Positions 35,033 to 46,200 of a stretch of 64,000 nt of DNA are shown here, piece by piece. Each line of letters opens with the position of its first letter. Within the stretch, counting starts at the first letter, position 1. The notes beneath the pieces are model-generated. The model was not told the origin of the DNA, made no database searches, and worked only from the letters and a program-made list of their open reading frames with translations. The translations under genes and the position numbers were made by a program. This stretch comes from Rhodosorus marinus CCMP1338 (Eukaryota > Plantae > Rhodophyta), in NCBI GenBank assembly GCA_029953675.1, contig JAMWBK010000005.1, positions 2,108,001-2,172,000 of the forward strand, read 5' to 3'.

Positions 35033-35605
35033 CCGAGCCAGGCCCTAGTCTTTCGTTTTCAAAAAAATATATATATTTCAGCCAATCAATTTAAATCATC
35101 TGAAGAATAGACCAATGAATTATGCTTATGAGGATCTAGTCTGACGCTTCGTAATTGAAACGTTGTTTTCGCACCAATTAAGTTGCTTTTCTGGATATAT
35201 TTGTTATCATATCGACAAGGCAACAATTTCGATTCAGAGGGTCCCATCATTCCCTCAATCCAGGTATCACACACAAGACCACTGTGCTGAATAAGCAGGT
35301 GACCCAGGGGCAATGGCCTAGTAGAGACTACACTCCATATCTGCACAGCGAACTAGGAACGTCATCGCGTGCCGCGGAAATCATCCGGAGCGAGGGGTAA
35401 TGCAATATAGTGTCCTTGTTGATGGTTTTGGCAGTGCACCGCGCTCACCAAGTGCAGCGAAAGAAAGCGGATTTTTCGTTGAATGCAACAACTGCAAACG
35501 CAAATCAGGTTTTACATAAATATATGCTTTTCTCAAGCTTTCACGGACGTAGTTAGTTATGGTCCTTGGATCCAGGTCCTCTTTTGTATGCCTTTTTGAT
35601 AGTAG

Positions 35606-38600
35606 TTAGTCGTTTCGTTTTAGGGACGAAAAGAACTTCGGCAAGTCGGCGAGCAGAACGTCTACGTCTACACGTTGGTTGAGAAGACCCTTGACCCTCA
35701 TAACCGGTAGATCATCCGAACGATTGCGACGCACAGATACGAGCCACTTCGCTCCGCGCTCCATAGCAGCCTCCTGTTGCTTATGTTTTGACATACTGTC
35801 GTCGTACGAAAAGTCGGCGCGTATACCGTGTTCCCAAAGCGCGGCTACCACCCCGATCTTGTCCTCGACAGAGGTCGGTCCCCCATGAGGCGCAAAGACG
35901 AAGACGTCGCACACCGCAATCGGTTCTGATTCTGCGTTGTTGCTGCGAACGATAAGCTGTGATATCTTCTCGAGATTGATTGTCACGCCCACGGCGTTCG
36001 GAAGTTCGGCGTCGGGAATCCCCGTGACCAGGTTCCTCAAGCGAGAAAGCCGCACCAACAGAGCGTTCCACCTTCCACCCCAGCCCACGCACTCCAGCGA
36101 TCTTGCAGAGCCCCGATGGTCCTTCGAGTGACGAACGAACAGCTCAAACATGACGCCGTCAAAGTAGAGCAGTTCCTTCTCTAAAGCTCGCCTGCGGATG
36201 GGTCCATCGGTGAGGCTTCCTCTGCCAGCTTGCCCTGGTCTCGCAAGCATTGGATCGACCACGATCTGCTCGTCAGTCGCCACGTGCATTGCTTCTAGCA
36301 TGATAAGTGTCTTGGCAAGCTCGTCAATCGCTTTTGCAGCTGCAGCGCTAACTGGAAGGTAGTCCGTCAGAAAGTTATCTGTTGATTCTTCTCCTTGCTC
36401 ACCGCCGTCCTCCTTCCTCCTCCTTAGTATCTTCTCATAACTTGAAAGTTCCCCTACTCTCATCCGAAAATCTGAATCCGAGGAGCCACTCAAATGGACA
36501 ATTGTCTGCTTCAAGATAGCCGCTGGATCTCCTTTGAAGCTACAGAAGCCCTTGATTTTCGTAACTGAAGACTCTGGAAGCCGGACATCTTCCAGCAGAG
36601 CTTTGCGTGCCAAGTTCCACCCGATATAAGGTAGGTATGACATTACATCCATCACTCCATCGATCAGTGTCTCAAATTGCGCATTGTTTGCTTTCGACTT
36701 GCTCTCTCGTCCGCAACAAAGTCGAACTATCTCCATAGTCAGTACGGAGTGCCCGAGGCGAACACTAGTTCGTGCCGGGAGGGGCAACGCCGCTGTAGCA
36801 TCCAGTGCGGCTTTCAACGTCTCCGCCTCCGCTGTCCACATCTTGATACGACTTATAATATCGAAATCTGCAAAGAGGATACCTTGAGGAAAGACCTCCC
36901 CATCTCCGGGGCCAAAAAGTGGAGACGCTAACCGAGAGCTCGACCTCTTCTTCGAAGAATTCGCGCTTTCAATGGGTTTGAAACTGTTTTCTGTATCCCA
37001 CACCGTGCCCACCTCATATCGTTTCCGAACGTTCTCGACAGATCCCAATTTCTGTGCAAACGCAGTTCTTGCGTCTAGAACAAGCTCCATTTTATTGCCA
37101 AGGTGTGAGAGGTACACCCCTGAGCTCGTGGAGCGCCTTGGCAGCTCACCAGCAGTCGACGCTGCTCCGCGCGAAGACAGTTCCAAACCACGAAGTAGAT
37201 TTGCCTCTGGAGCGAGTGGTGGGCACACAGTTGGATGCGCTCCGTGGACAGCAAAAACGCCCCTAACGCGATCCATTAATAACTGCCGAAGTCGCTCATA
37301 CCACTCATCAGTCCGCCGAGGCCGACCTCTGGACAGGGGAAGGTTATTCGCCGCAAGATTGAATCGATTCGTATCGGAGCTGCTGTTCAACATGGCCATC
37401 TGCACAGCGACAACGTTCAACAAGTCTTCCTGATTGGACGTCTCATCTCTGAACAGGACTTCCAGCGCCTGACCTCTGAGGCGGGAACCCGGAACAGACA
37501 GCTGCCGCATGATCGACCTAGTGTACTCGTCTTCGACTCGGGGCGGGAGAAGATTACCATCAAGGAGTTCCAGCGCTGCTGGACGAGCTGCAGGATCCTT
37601 CTCTAGTAGAAGCTTGATAAGCTGGGATTGCTTCGGGTAAATCCTCTGAAACGCTGCGTCCGGAGCCCCTGTTTCCCGCAAATCTGTGAGCTTCTTTATC
37701 CTTTCCATCTGCGTCGAGCACGGTCCGTGCCACATTTCCCATGCGATAATCCCTAGAGCGTAAACGTCCACTTTCGATGAGTACGCCTTTTGCCTCAAAT
37801 CCTCCAGCTCAGGTGCACGGTAATGCGTTGTCCCGACGGCCCCGCTGAGTTCACCGGAGGCCGGGATCAAAATGCCCTGGCTACGTGGTTCACCCCCCCT
37901 TTCGGAAGGTTCGGCAGTATGCGTAGTAACCGTGCGAGCGAGCCCAAAATCTCCAACCTTTATGTCACCAGCGGTTGAGAAGAATATATTGGTCGGTTTC
38001 AAGTCCCTGTGTACAATGCCCTTCGAATGCAAGTAAACCAAGGCCTCGACAATCTGACGGAAAACTACCCAGAGGTCCTGATTGGAATCATCCAAAATGT
38101 CAATGAAATCTCTCAGGGTGCTCCGGCAATACTCCATTTGTATGTACAAGTATGCCATGACGTTGCTCTGGGAACCTGCTGAGTCATACGTATCTGTGTC
38201 AGCTCGCGATAACTTTGTTCGTGACTCCGAATCCTGCTCAGTAGTTTCACTGTCGAACTCGGTTGGGCCATCTGCATGATCTGGTGGCTCCAACCAAGCC
38301 TGGTAGTACCTTACGATGTTCGGATGCATTAGTCGAGAGAGGGTCAGAACCTCGCGAACGACAAAGCTGTCTTCCAAGTCTTCCCCATAGAGAGTGACTC
38401 TCTTAATCGCATAGTCTCTCCCGTCCAGGTTATTTCGCGCTTTCACAACCGATCCGAACCCCCCCTCTCCAAGTTTGCGAACAACTTGAAAGTCTGCCCT
38501 GAACCTTGAAGCAGAGCCTGTGCTGTTTCCCTGGGCGGCAGCTCGTAGCGATGACAGTGACTGACTTCGAGGACGATCTTTCCGGGATTCCTCATTTGAC

Positions 38601-39490
38601 GACGAAGAAGACGACTCATAGTCGGCGGGAGACGTCGAGCTGCTCTGGTCTGACTCTTCGTCCATCGGATCAACGAATAAGCTTCCTTCGAATGCCACCG
38701 CATTCTTCGAGCGAAGATTCTCCTCACCAGCAGCAGACGACTCTGATTTCTCGCTAGAAGGTCCGTCAGGACGCGCTCTTTCATGAAAATCCTGAAACAT
38801 GTGCTTGATATCATCCACGAGATCTGCCTCCTGCCTGGAGCTGAAACTCCAGTCATTGCTGGCCTCTCGTCGGATTGCGGCGGTGATACTCTGTTTTCGA
38901 GCGTTCCTTTCCTCCGTGCCCAGAGCCTCAAGCTCTTGTTGCCGAATGTTCTCCTCAGTCCTTTGCTGCGCCCCTATCCGCAGTCTCTCCCTATTCCTTT
39001 TCTGGTCTCGTTTCTCCTTTTCTCGTCGCTGGATCTCTTCTTCTGCTTTCAGTCGCTCCAGTTGAAGCATTTCATCTCGGAGAGCAAGCGGCGGTACGTT
39101 CCATTGCGCCAACTTGTCACGAATAGCGCAAACAACCTCAAAAACGTGGACCTCACCTACTAGCTCTGCAGCCTTTCTCGCTGCAAGATCCCGCAGTTCG
39201 TGCAGGCGAGGCTCGCTTGGACCGTAGTATCCTTTCACCCCGGCTTCTCTTCTGGAAATCGAGACCTTTGCAGCCTCTTTCTTCGGATATTTCGATCCAA
39301 GGCGGAAGGTAGCGAGAACGGAGACCCAGACGTCTCCATCCGCGGTGTCTGGCGACACAACAACCTCGACAACGTTGAGGAGGCCTCCTCCCTTCTTCTT
39401 TCCTCTAGGCACTTCATCATCCTTAGCCTTAAAATCATCCCCAAAAATCGCCTCCAATGCGGCTAACTCATCCGCCTTTTCGCTTCCCAT
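35606..39490 (-). CDS. GCN2: eIF2-alpha kinase GCN2 (RWD - kinase - HisRS-like - anticodon-binding), intronless
   Basis: RWD motif DELAALEAIFGDDF. Kinase motifs LGEGGFGSVVKARNNLDGRDYAIK, LYIQMEYC, HRDLKPTN, KVGDFGLA and GTTHYRAPE. HisRS-like KRYEVGTVW and ADFDII, plus C-terminal LWEHGIRAD. Confidence 0.95.
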   Translation of the reverse strand: MGSEKADELAALEAIFGDDFKAKDDEVPRGKKKGGGLLNVVEVVVSPDTADGDVWVSVLATFRLGSKYPKKEAAKVSISRREAGVKGYYGPSEPRLHELRDLAARKAAELVGEVHVFEVVCAIRDKLAQWNVPPLALRDEMLQLERLKAEEEIQRREKEKRDQKRNRERLRIGAQQRTEENIRQQELEALGTEERNARKQSITAAIRREASNDWSFSSRQEADLVDDIKHMFQDFHERARPDGPSSEKSESSAAGEENLRSKNAVAFEGSLFVDPMDEESDQSSSTSPADYESSSSSSNEESRKDRPRSQSLSSLRAAAQGNSTGSASRFRADFQVVRKLGEGGFGSVVKARNNLDGRDYAIKRVTLYGEDLEDSFVVREVLTLSRLMHPNIVRYYQAWLEPPDHADGPTEFDSETTEQDSESRTKLSRADTDTYDSAGSQSNVMAYLYIQMEYCRSTLRDFIDILDDSNQDLWVVFRQIVEALVYLHSKGIVHRDLKPTNIFFSTAGDIKVGDFGLARTVTTHTAEPSERGGEPRSQGILIPASGELSGAVGTTHYRAPELEDLRQKAYSSKVDVYALGIIAWEMWHGPCSTQMERIKKLTDLRETGAPDAAFQRIYPKQSQLIKLLLEKDPAARPAALELLDGNLLPPRVEDEYTRSIMRQLSVPGSRLRGQALEVLFRDETSNQEDLLNVVAVQMAMLNSSSDTNRFNLAANNLPLSRGRPRRTDEWYERLRQLLMDRVRGVFAVHGAHPTVCPPLAPEANLLRGLELSSRGAASTAGELPRRSTSSGVYLSHLGNKMELVLDARTAFAQKLGSVENVRKRYEVGTVWDTENSFKPIESANSSKKRSSSRLASPLFGPGDGEVFPQGILFADFDIISRIKMWTAEAETLKAALDATAALPLPARTSVRLGHSVLTMEIVRLCCGRESKSKANNAQFETLIDGVMDVMSYLPYIGWNLARKALLEDVRLPESSVTKIKGFCSFKGDPAAILKQTIVHLSGSSDSDFRMRVGELSSYEKILRRRKEDGGEQGEESTDNFLTDYLPVSAAAAKAIDELAKTLIMLEAMHVATDEQIVVDPMLARPGQAGRGSLTDGPIRRRALEKELLYFDGVMFELFVRHSKDHRGSARSLECVGWGGRWNALLVRLSRLRNLVTGIPDAELPNAVGVTINLEKISQLIVRSNNAESEPIAVCDVFVFAPHGGPTSVEDKIGVVAALWEHGIRADFSYDDSMSKHKQQEAAMERGAKWLVSVRRNRSDDLPVMRVKGLLNQRVDVDVLLADLPKFFSSLKRND

Positions 39491-40560
39491 TATCCGGCCG
39501 CCATATTCACCGGTTGAAATATGGCAGGACTCTTTCTCGCTTGCTACAAACGCCCATCCCCCTCGAAGACGTATTTTCAACAACTTTGGACGTCCGAAAC
39601 CTGGCTTTACAGCAAAATTCTAGCATAGCGCTTGCTATGGACCAGTCCTTCGACTACTTATCCGTCAAGAGTATCGACCAGTGCTAGCTGGCGATCCATA
39701 AAGCGTGATAACTTGAACAAACAAAGTCTCATTTGTGTGTTCTCGTTTGCAGTTCTCAGAGGGTAAAAATTGGCAAGCTCAAAACTTGACGCAAATCGCT
39801 GGAATTCGTGCTCTCCAAACCCCAAACCTAAAACACATGGTCTAGGTAGCTCAACTCTGCCGTTCAAAAAAAGAATACACACGGACAGTGTGATACTACA
39901 GGCCTCCTCACTACCGTTTCCTCTCTACCATGGCAGTTATCAAACCTTTGAAACGCTACTGTCCTCTCCTTCAAAAAACTTCCGCAAACTTCCCACTCCT
40001 TATAGACCACCAGCCAAATGCGTCATCTGTCATGAGAGGATACTCGCAACAAGAGTGGGCGATGTGTAATGGCTGTCAATGCGTATCTCGAAAATTCTAG
40101 AGACAGTCTGTCATAGGACAAACTGTCCTTACGAAGGTCTGTTTATCTTTGGGTTGACTCGTTCTGGCTAGTGTCGAGATGACGATGCTGAGACTCGTGG
40201 ATCTTATGAGCATGAATTGTGACTATTGCTGTGGACGGTCACATGTGCTTTCTGGATAAGGATGAACCTCCCATGTGGTGAGTGGGAAGTCGCGATGCAA
40301 AATAGGTTCTTGTCAAACCGGTATTCGCGTTAAGTGTACCATTTGTGTTTGGTACAGTGTTTGGAAAGGTCGAGTCGGGCTGTGAGAAGGCGGGAAGGTG
40401 AGGAGGGTGCAGAAGGTGCTCCGCTGAACGGGATTAGGAGCTCTGCGGACGAGGGAGGATCGATTTTGCTTCGGAATGATCTTTCTACCTCAGCAAGGGA
40501 GGAATTTCTTCTTTCAGGTCGGATTTTCAAGGTTTTAGTTTTTAGGGCATTTGCGGGGAG

Positions 40561-41367
40561 ATGGGTGCGAAGTGGTAAGTTTCTTGGTTGTAGTTTGCGT
40601 CGGTCCCGTAGAGATCGAGGATCTGTGATCTGAAATCTACATTGTGCTCGTCACGTTTTTAGTCTTTTCAGAATTCAGATCCATGAGTATTACAATTCGG
40701 CTCAGGTACACAAGGAGTTGCAGAGGCGAGTGGAGGCACATACAGGTAGGAGAGTTGGGCCTTGGCAAGTTTCGACTCAACAGTATGTGTCGAAAGGCAA
40801 CGTGAGGCCTCCTATTGTTGTGTTCACTACGAGTGAGGAGCCAAACAGTAGGTATTTGCTAACTGGCAAGCACGTGATTGAGACAGACGATGGGCTCTCG
40901 GCTTTGTTAAGCAAAATACCCGCTCTCACGTCAAAGCAGAGTTTTATGGTCAAGGGTATCGAATACGACCTTGTGGACTTCACCGTCCGTGTGGTAAGTT
41001 TCAGAGGGATATTCAGGGGGTTTAGTGGCGACACGATCTCATTGCTGTCTTACTCTACGACGGCTATCAGGGAATGGTCTTCGAGAAGAGTGGACCCACC
41101 TCTCCCGTAGTCGAAATAGGGTACCTTCCTTGTTCCATTGTCGACAACTGCGTCGGTCTGATAACAGAGCTTATGGAAAAGATAGCGGCGCCGCTCGTAG
41201 CGCCGCAGGACTCGCGACAGGACTCCCAGGCAAACGCGGCGGCGGAGACCAACTACAAGTTCACGCTGGTGGCTGATGACTTTCAGAAGGTTGAAGGCCT
41301 TGCAAACACGCCGTTCAGTATGCGACATACGGCGTTGCTGTACTTGAAATTGTTCAACAAAGGGTAG
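40561..41367 (+). CDS. MED20: Mediator subunit 20 (3 exons)
   Basis: A 14-nt first exon ATGGGTGCGAAGTG|GTAAGT spliced to 40663 gives MGAKCLFRIQ..ELQRRVE..GPWQV, followed by VKGIEYDLVDFTVRV and VEIGYLPCSIVDNCVGLITELM, resembling Med20. Confidence 0.75.
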
Positions 41368-41729
41368 ATGTCTGCCTGAAGAGCCATCGAAACCGAAATC
41401 AAGCGCGGGTTGATCCACGTTCCCACCATTAGGCACCGTCTGAATTCTGGAATCCGTATCCGGTGATATAACATGCTAGCTGATTCGGATCTGCGCAGCC
41501 GCTTGGGAACTCGAAACCTAAAGGTACGGCGCGCACTGCTGGGCGGTTTCGTTCTTCGAGCGCAAGTGCGCTTAATACTGCTACGCCTTATCCTGTTGCA
41601 ATTTCAGTTGGCGAGGATGATGACAAGATCCTTAGCTCACGAGCCTCCGACATTAAGAGTCCAACCAGCGAAGGCTAATAGAAGAGCCGAGAGGCTGCAA
41701 ATCGAAGCCAGAGCCTAGTGGGGACCGTG

Positions 41730-43292
41730 CTAGTCCACACTCCCATCATTCCCGGAGTCTTCGTGCAGAATAATGTAGTCCCGTGAGGAGGTTCCAAACT
41801 TGATAAGATCCTTCTCAAGGAGCTCATAATATCTAAAAGCAAAAATGACAGCAGTTCACGAGAAAAAGAGAGTTTCAGACGGAATGTGCTGATAGTCTTT
41901 CTGGTCGCGACTTGGTGTAATGCAAGTCAAGGTCCTCGCGCATACAGAGATGCTGGCATACCTCCTTCCGTCTATACGCTCTCCGTTAATCGCAGTGCCA
42001 TTGACAGTATCTAAATCCATAATGTATGGCCGCGGAGGCTTATCTCCAACCTTTCTGTACTGCAGAACTGCATGCTGTTTCGAACAACTCGGGTGGTCCG
42101 TTGGAATATCGACGATGCTCCTATCCCGCCCAAACAGATACGCGCTCTGTCGATGGATTTTATAAAAACTGTGCGTTCGCCGAAGCGGCACCGGGATTGG
42201 GAGTTAGAGACCCATCCAGTGATGAGCGTGGTGCACGTATTGTTTCCAATTCGTGCTGTTGTAGTTTCGGTGAACGAGCAAAATTTGCCACTCACCCTCC
42301 GTCTTCTTCGAGAATAGGTTCCCCGTTCTTAAAGACGTAAAGACGCCATCTCGTCGTTGGCTTTCTTGCGTCGTCAGGTTCCGAAAACTTGAGTTCTATG
42401 CCGGAGGCTGTCGTGTTCTCGACCTTGGCTAGGTTCCCAGACACCTCAAAGTTTGGACGTTCAACGGGCTTGCTGACTTCAGCAGGGTTGTCCTTCTCTG
42501 CGCCCTCGGCGACCTGAGGTCGGCCCCATTGCTCTGCTTTCGGCTGACTGTCGTTATGACCGGCTTGCGGATTCAGTTGTCTAACGGCCTGTTCCTTTTG
42601 CTGCAAGTGCCGTGGAGCAGGATCATTTGCTTTCCGACCGGCTTCGCGATTCGCAATGTCAACGGATATCTTTCTCCCTCGGAACTCGGTACCTGAAAGA
42701 GCACCGTCTGTGACGTTAGTTCTGATGGCTCCAGCTTCGCTGCCAAGGAAGATGTGCGACAAGTCGTACCGGTGAGCATGCAAGCCCTCGCAGCTTGGGC
42801 AATTGAACCGAAGCCAATAAAAGCAAATCCTCGGCCCTCGGTTGTTGTGTCGCCCTCCTCGGCAAGGTTGATCTGCTTCTTGGGAATTGAGATTGACTTC
42901 AATGGTCCCGCCGAGGAGAACAGCTCCCTCAAGTCTTCCTCCTTTACATCGAACGGGAGATTTCCGGCGTACACCTTAAACTCATTTTCCCTTTTTCTTC
43001 TGCCGCCGTACTGATTTCCAGCCACGTTCCGCCTCCCGGAATAATCTGAGTGCCGATCACCTCTACGGGAAAAGCGAGGACTCCTACTCCTCGACCTGCG
43101 AGGTCTTCGCTCAAGGCTCCTGCTTCTCGATCTGCGTCTCCGTTCGGAGCTTCGACTCCTCGATCTGCTTCGACTTCTGGACCTTCGCCGTCGACCTAGG
43201 CTTCGACTCCTCGATCTGCTTCGACTTCTCGAACGCCATCGTAGTTCATTGCTTATACTCCGATTACGGCGTTTTTTCCTATCGGATGGCAT
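41730..43292 (-). CDS. SNIP1: SNIP1/Pml1/DAWDLE-like FHA protein with N-terminal RS domain and an RRM
   Basis: RS repeats, RRM (VYAGNLPFDVKEEDL..RGFAFIGF), then the SNIP1 signature NFEVSGNLA..LKFSEPDDARKPTTRWRLYVFK..HRQSAYLFGRDR..DHPSCSKQHAVLQYR..PYIMDL..NGT..RYYELLEKDLIKFGTSSRDYIILHE. Confidence 0.9.
43149..43229. repeat. Exact 30-nt direct repeat (period 51 nt) encoding the RS domain
   Basis: gcttcgactcctcgatctgcttcgacttct at 43149-43178 and 43200-43229. Confidence 0.9.
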
Positions 43293-46200
43293 TTTTCCTC
43301 ACACAGTAGGAAACTATGAAGGATGAAGATTATCCCGCATACTAAAAAAGACAAAGCCTAAAAGTTCTGGTCGTGGATACAGTCATCCAAGGCCGACCCA
43401 GAGCCTTGACGGCATGCTCATGGCCGACCAGACCAAACTCCTTGTATCGTAACGTTGAAGGTCTCCTACGCGCTATGCAGGTTAAGACGAGAATGTTTTG
43501 CGTGTCGCCAACTTTCTGAAGCTGTCCGCGGCTAGCGGGTTGCAAGTTAGGAGCTGACTCTTCCACATAATCGTTTCCACAGCTATTGGGGCTAGTTGAA
43601 CCCCCTTTCGTAGTCGGAAGCGAATTCATGGAAGCCACTACCTGAGGGGTTCCAGTGGAACAGAGGAAAACCCTATCTTGCTTGTGTTACTCTGTTTTCT
43701 TTCAAAGAACAACGATTCAAGTCCTAGACAAGTCGATTTCTATCGGACTCTATGCTTGTCAGTCCTTACCTGGACTATCAGATCCAAGGTGAAGAAGAAC
43801 TTAAGCTCCTAGATTCAAATGAAGGTGGACCATCTTGTGTCGTCCTTCGTGACGCCGACATTTTCCAAGAATCTTCTTCGGGAAGGCAAACGTTCTTAGC
43901 CAAAGCTGGAGATTATTTCAGCCACTGTTAGGGTAAAAATTATTACCAAGGTTCTTTAAATGGCATGGTCCGGCCATAAATACGTGAGATGTTCCGCTCA
44001 CTGTTTATGAAATGATATTTCTGGCATTGCTTGCGAGGTTCCTACCAATGTTGCGGGAGATGTCGAAGCCAACTCTAGCACATGTTGCCGCCGTTGCTGC
44101 GGGAGAAGTCTCAGTCATGGGATACTTTAACTGTCCTGGCCAATTCTCTGCCAAATCGGCGAGATAAACCCCAGGCAATGGTTTCGACGTGAAACGTTCT
44201 GCTCAACGCGACGGGCATGTTCAAATGAACGATTAGCCCTGATCAGGGGTTGCACAATGGAGCCTAAGCGCCGGAGGATATGTTCAAAAGCATTGCGAAA
44301 GAATGTAAAAACACACCAAAAAAAACTAATCTTGCCGGAACTACTCAGGCCAGTTGTTGCTCTTTCCACGCCAGAGATACGCCTGTTGCCCGAAGCTAAC
44401 GTCGTACAACAAACCAAACAGGACAACATTCAGGCCTGTGGCCTGCTGAAGGATTCGTTCAGCGCTTAGAACCCTGCACAACCGCCCCCAGTATCCCTCA
44501 TGACCCAATTCCGTGGAGATGACTTAATTTTGACATGCAATCCAATTCAAATAACCGATTAGCCACATCTCAACACACCCTCGAGTCTAAGCACCCGATG
44601 ATGTTTTCAAAAGCACTGCGGAAGAGCGTAAGGCCGCGCCATTCCTTTTCTTTCCGCTAAGGCTCGAAACGTTTTTACAATAAACAGCGGATTATCCACG
44701 GCAAAAGTACAACATTCAACTCAAATACAATTTTCCTTCCGGCAACCCTCCATTCCGGGAGGTCGAGGTCGCACAAATTGTCAGGTGCTCTTTCCGGATT
44801 CGCCACTGCCTCATCCAGAGTCTGGTTGTCCAACCCAACAATGTCCAAGGACGAGACCAAGATCCACGAAACTCAGCATCCTAAAACGCCCATTCAAAGT
44901 GAATCATTCTGGAGAGAAACCGAAATTCGGAATTCTCGGAAATATCATTTTCTTTGCGTCCATAGCGAAGGCGACGAAGTAGAACTAGAGAGAACCAACA
45001 AGCTCTCATTTGAACTGGTATGGATCTGTTGGCAAATGTCCACTTCTGCTTCCTGAACTGAGCTTCGTCTACAAGCTTCTGCCACTTGGGACTCGGTCGA
45101 GGCGAAGTTGAGTTCCAGAAGTGCAGAAATCCGTCTGATCTTCGGATTCATTGAAGATAAATCAACGTGAACTTTTCCTCTTACCCTGGCGAGAAAATTT
45201 CCCAGCGGGGCTTGGCGCGAATACGAATTTCATCCTGTTCGGCCACTTTTCCATTCACTTGCAGAACGCATAATTCCACTTCCGAATTGAAAGAAAGGCG
45301 GACACAATTATCACCGCAACGCCGAAACACGTCCAACCCACGAAGAGCTAACGGCCAACATTTCCAACGAATGAACTGAACTGTACCACCTGCTTTGTAG
45401 TATGTCCAAACCTGTTTCATCTGCTTTCCCTCCAAATCTGCCAGCCTATTTACCTCTGCTAAAAATGACGAAACCTTTCAAACACGCAGTGCTAGGGCTC
45501 TCCTACTTGGTATGGGCCATTCGTATACGGAATCCACTTGCGCTCGGAAGAACCCAAACACATCTCCAAGTAGACTAGCCGGAGTGAACGATCTGTTAGG
45601 ATTCTAAGCACAGTCAATATACCCTAAATACTGATTGTCCGATTTGGGAGATGTAAATTGTTCGATCTATAATACCAAGGTTTTTGCATAGCAGCAAATT
45701 TGACCAATGTGATGCCCTTGGAGATCTTAAACTGCTCATTATTGGCCTAATAAAATAATATTGGTAATATAACTATCAGTACGTTCTGTAAACACCAATT
45801 ACAAGATATGAATTTTACACAAGCATTCATACTCGAAATACATTGTGAGAAACCTTGGATTTTGATGTTGATTTCAGTCTTGAGTCAACTCAGAAATGTG
45901 AAGGGCTTCTTGCATCCTCAGGAAGCAGCTGGCCGGAAGGGTTGGCATTTCCAATGCTGCTGACGGAGAGCGAGCAGCTGGTACATGTTGCTGCATTCCA
46001 TATACACACTTCTCCAACTGAGAATGGACTTGTCACTGTCTTTAAGGTTGAAGCCATTGAGGGTAGGCTCAAGTCCAGAACCCCAGCAAATAGAATTGCG
46101 ATCTGAAGTTTGTGCGCTAGAAAATTCTGCTAGTGATGTTCTGATGGGAGTCCTCATCGCATATGCGGCCGTCTCCGGAGGGAGTGGCAGCTCTACTCAC

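Noticed and set aside
43765-43780. CTTACCTGGAC resembling the U1 snRNA 5' end
   Set aside because: Downstream sequence lacks the U1 stem-loops and Sm site. It is simply the reverse complement of a CAG|GTAAG-like motif.
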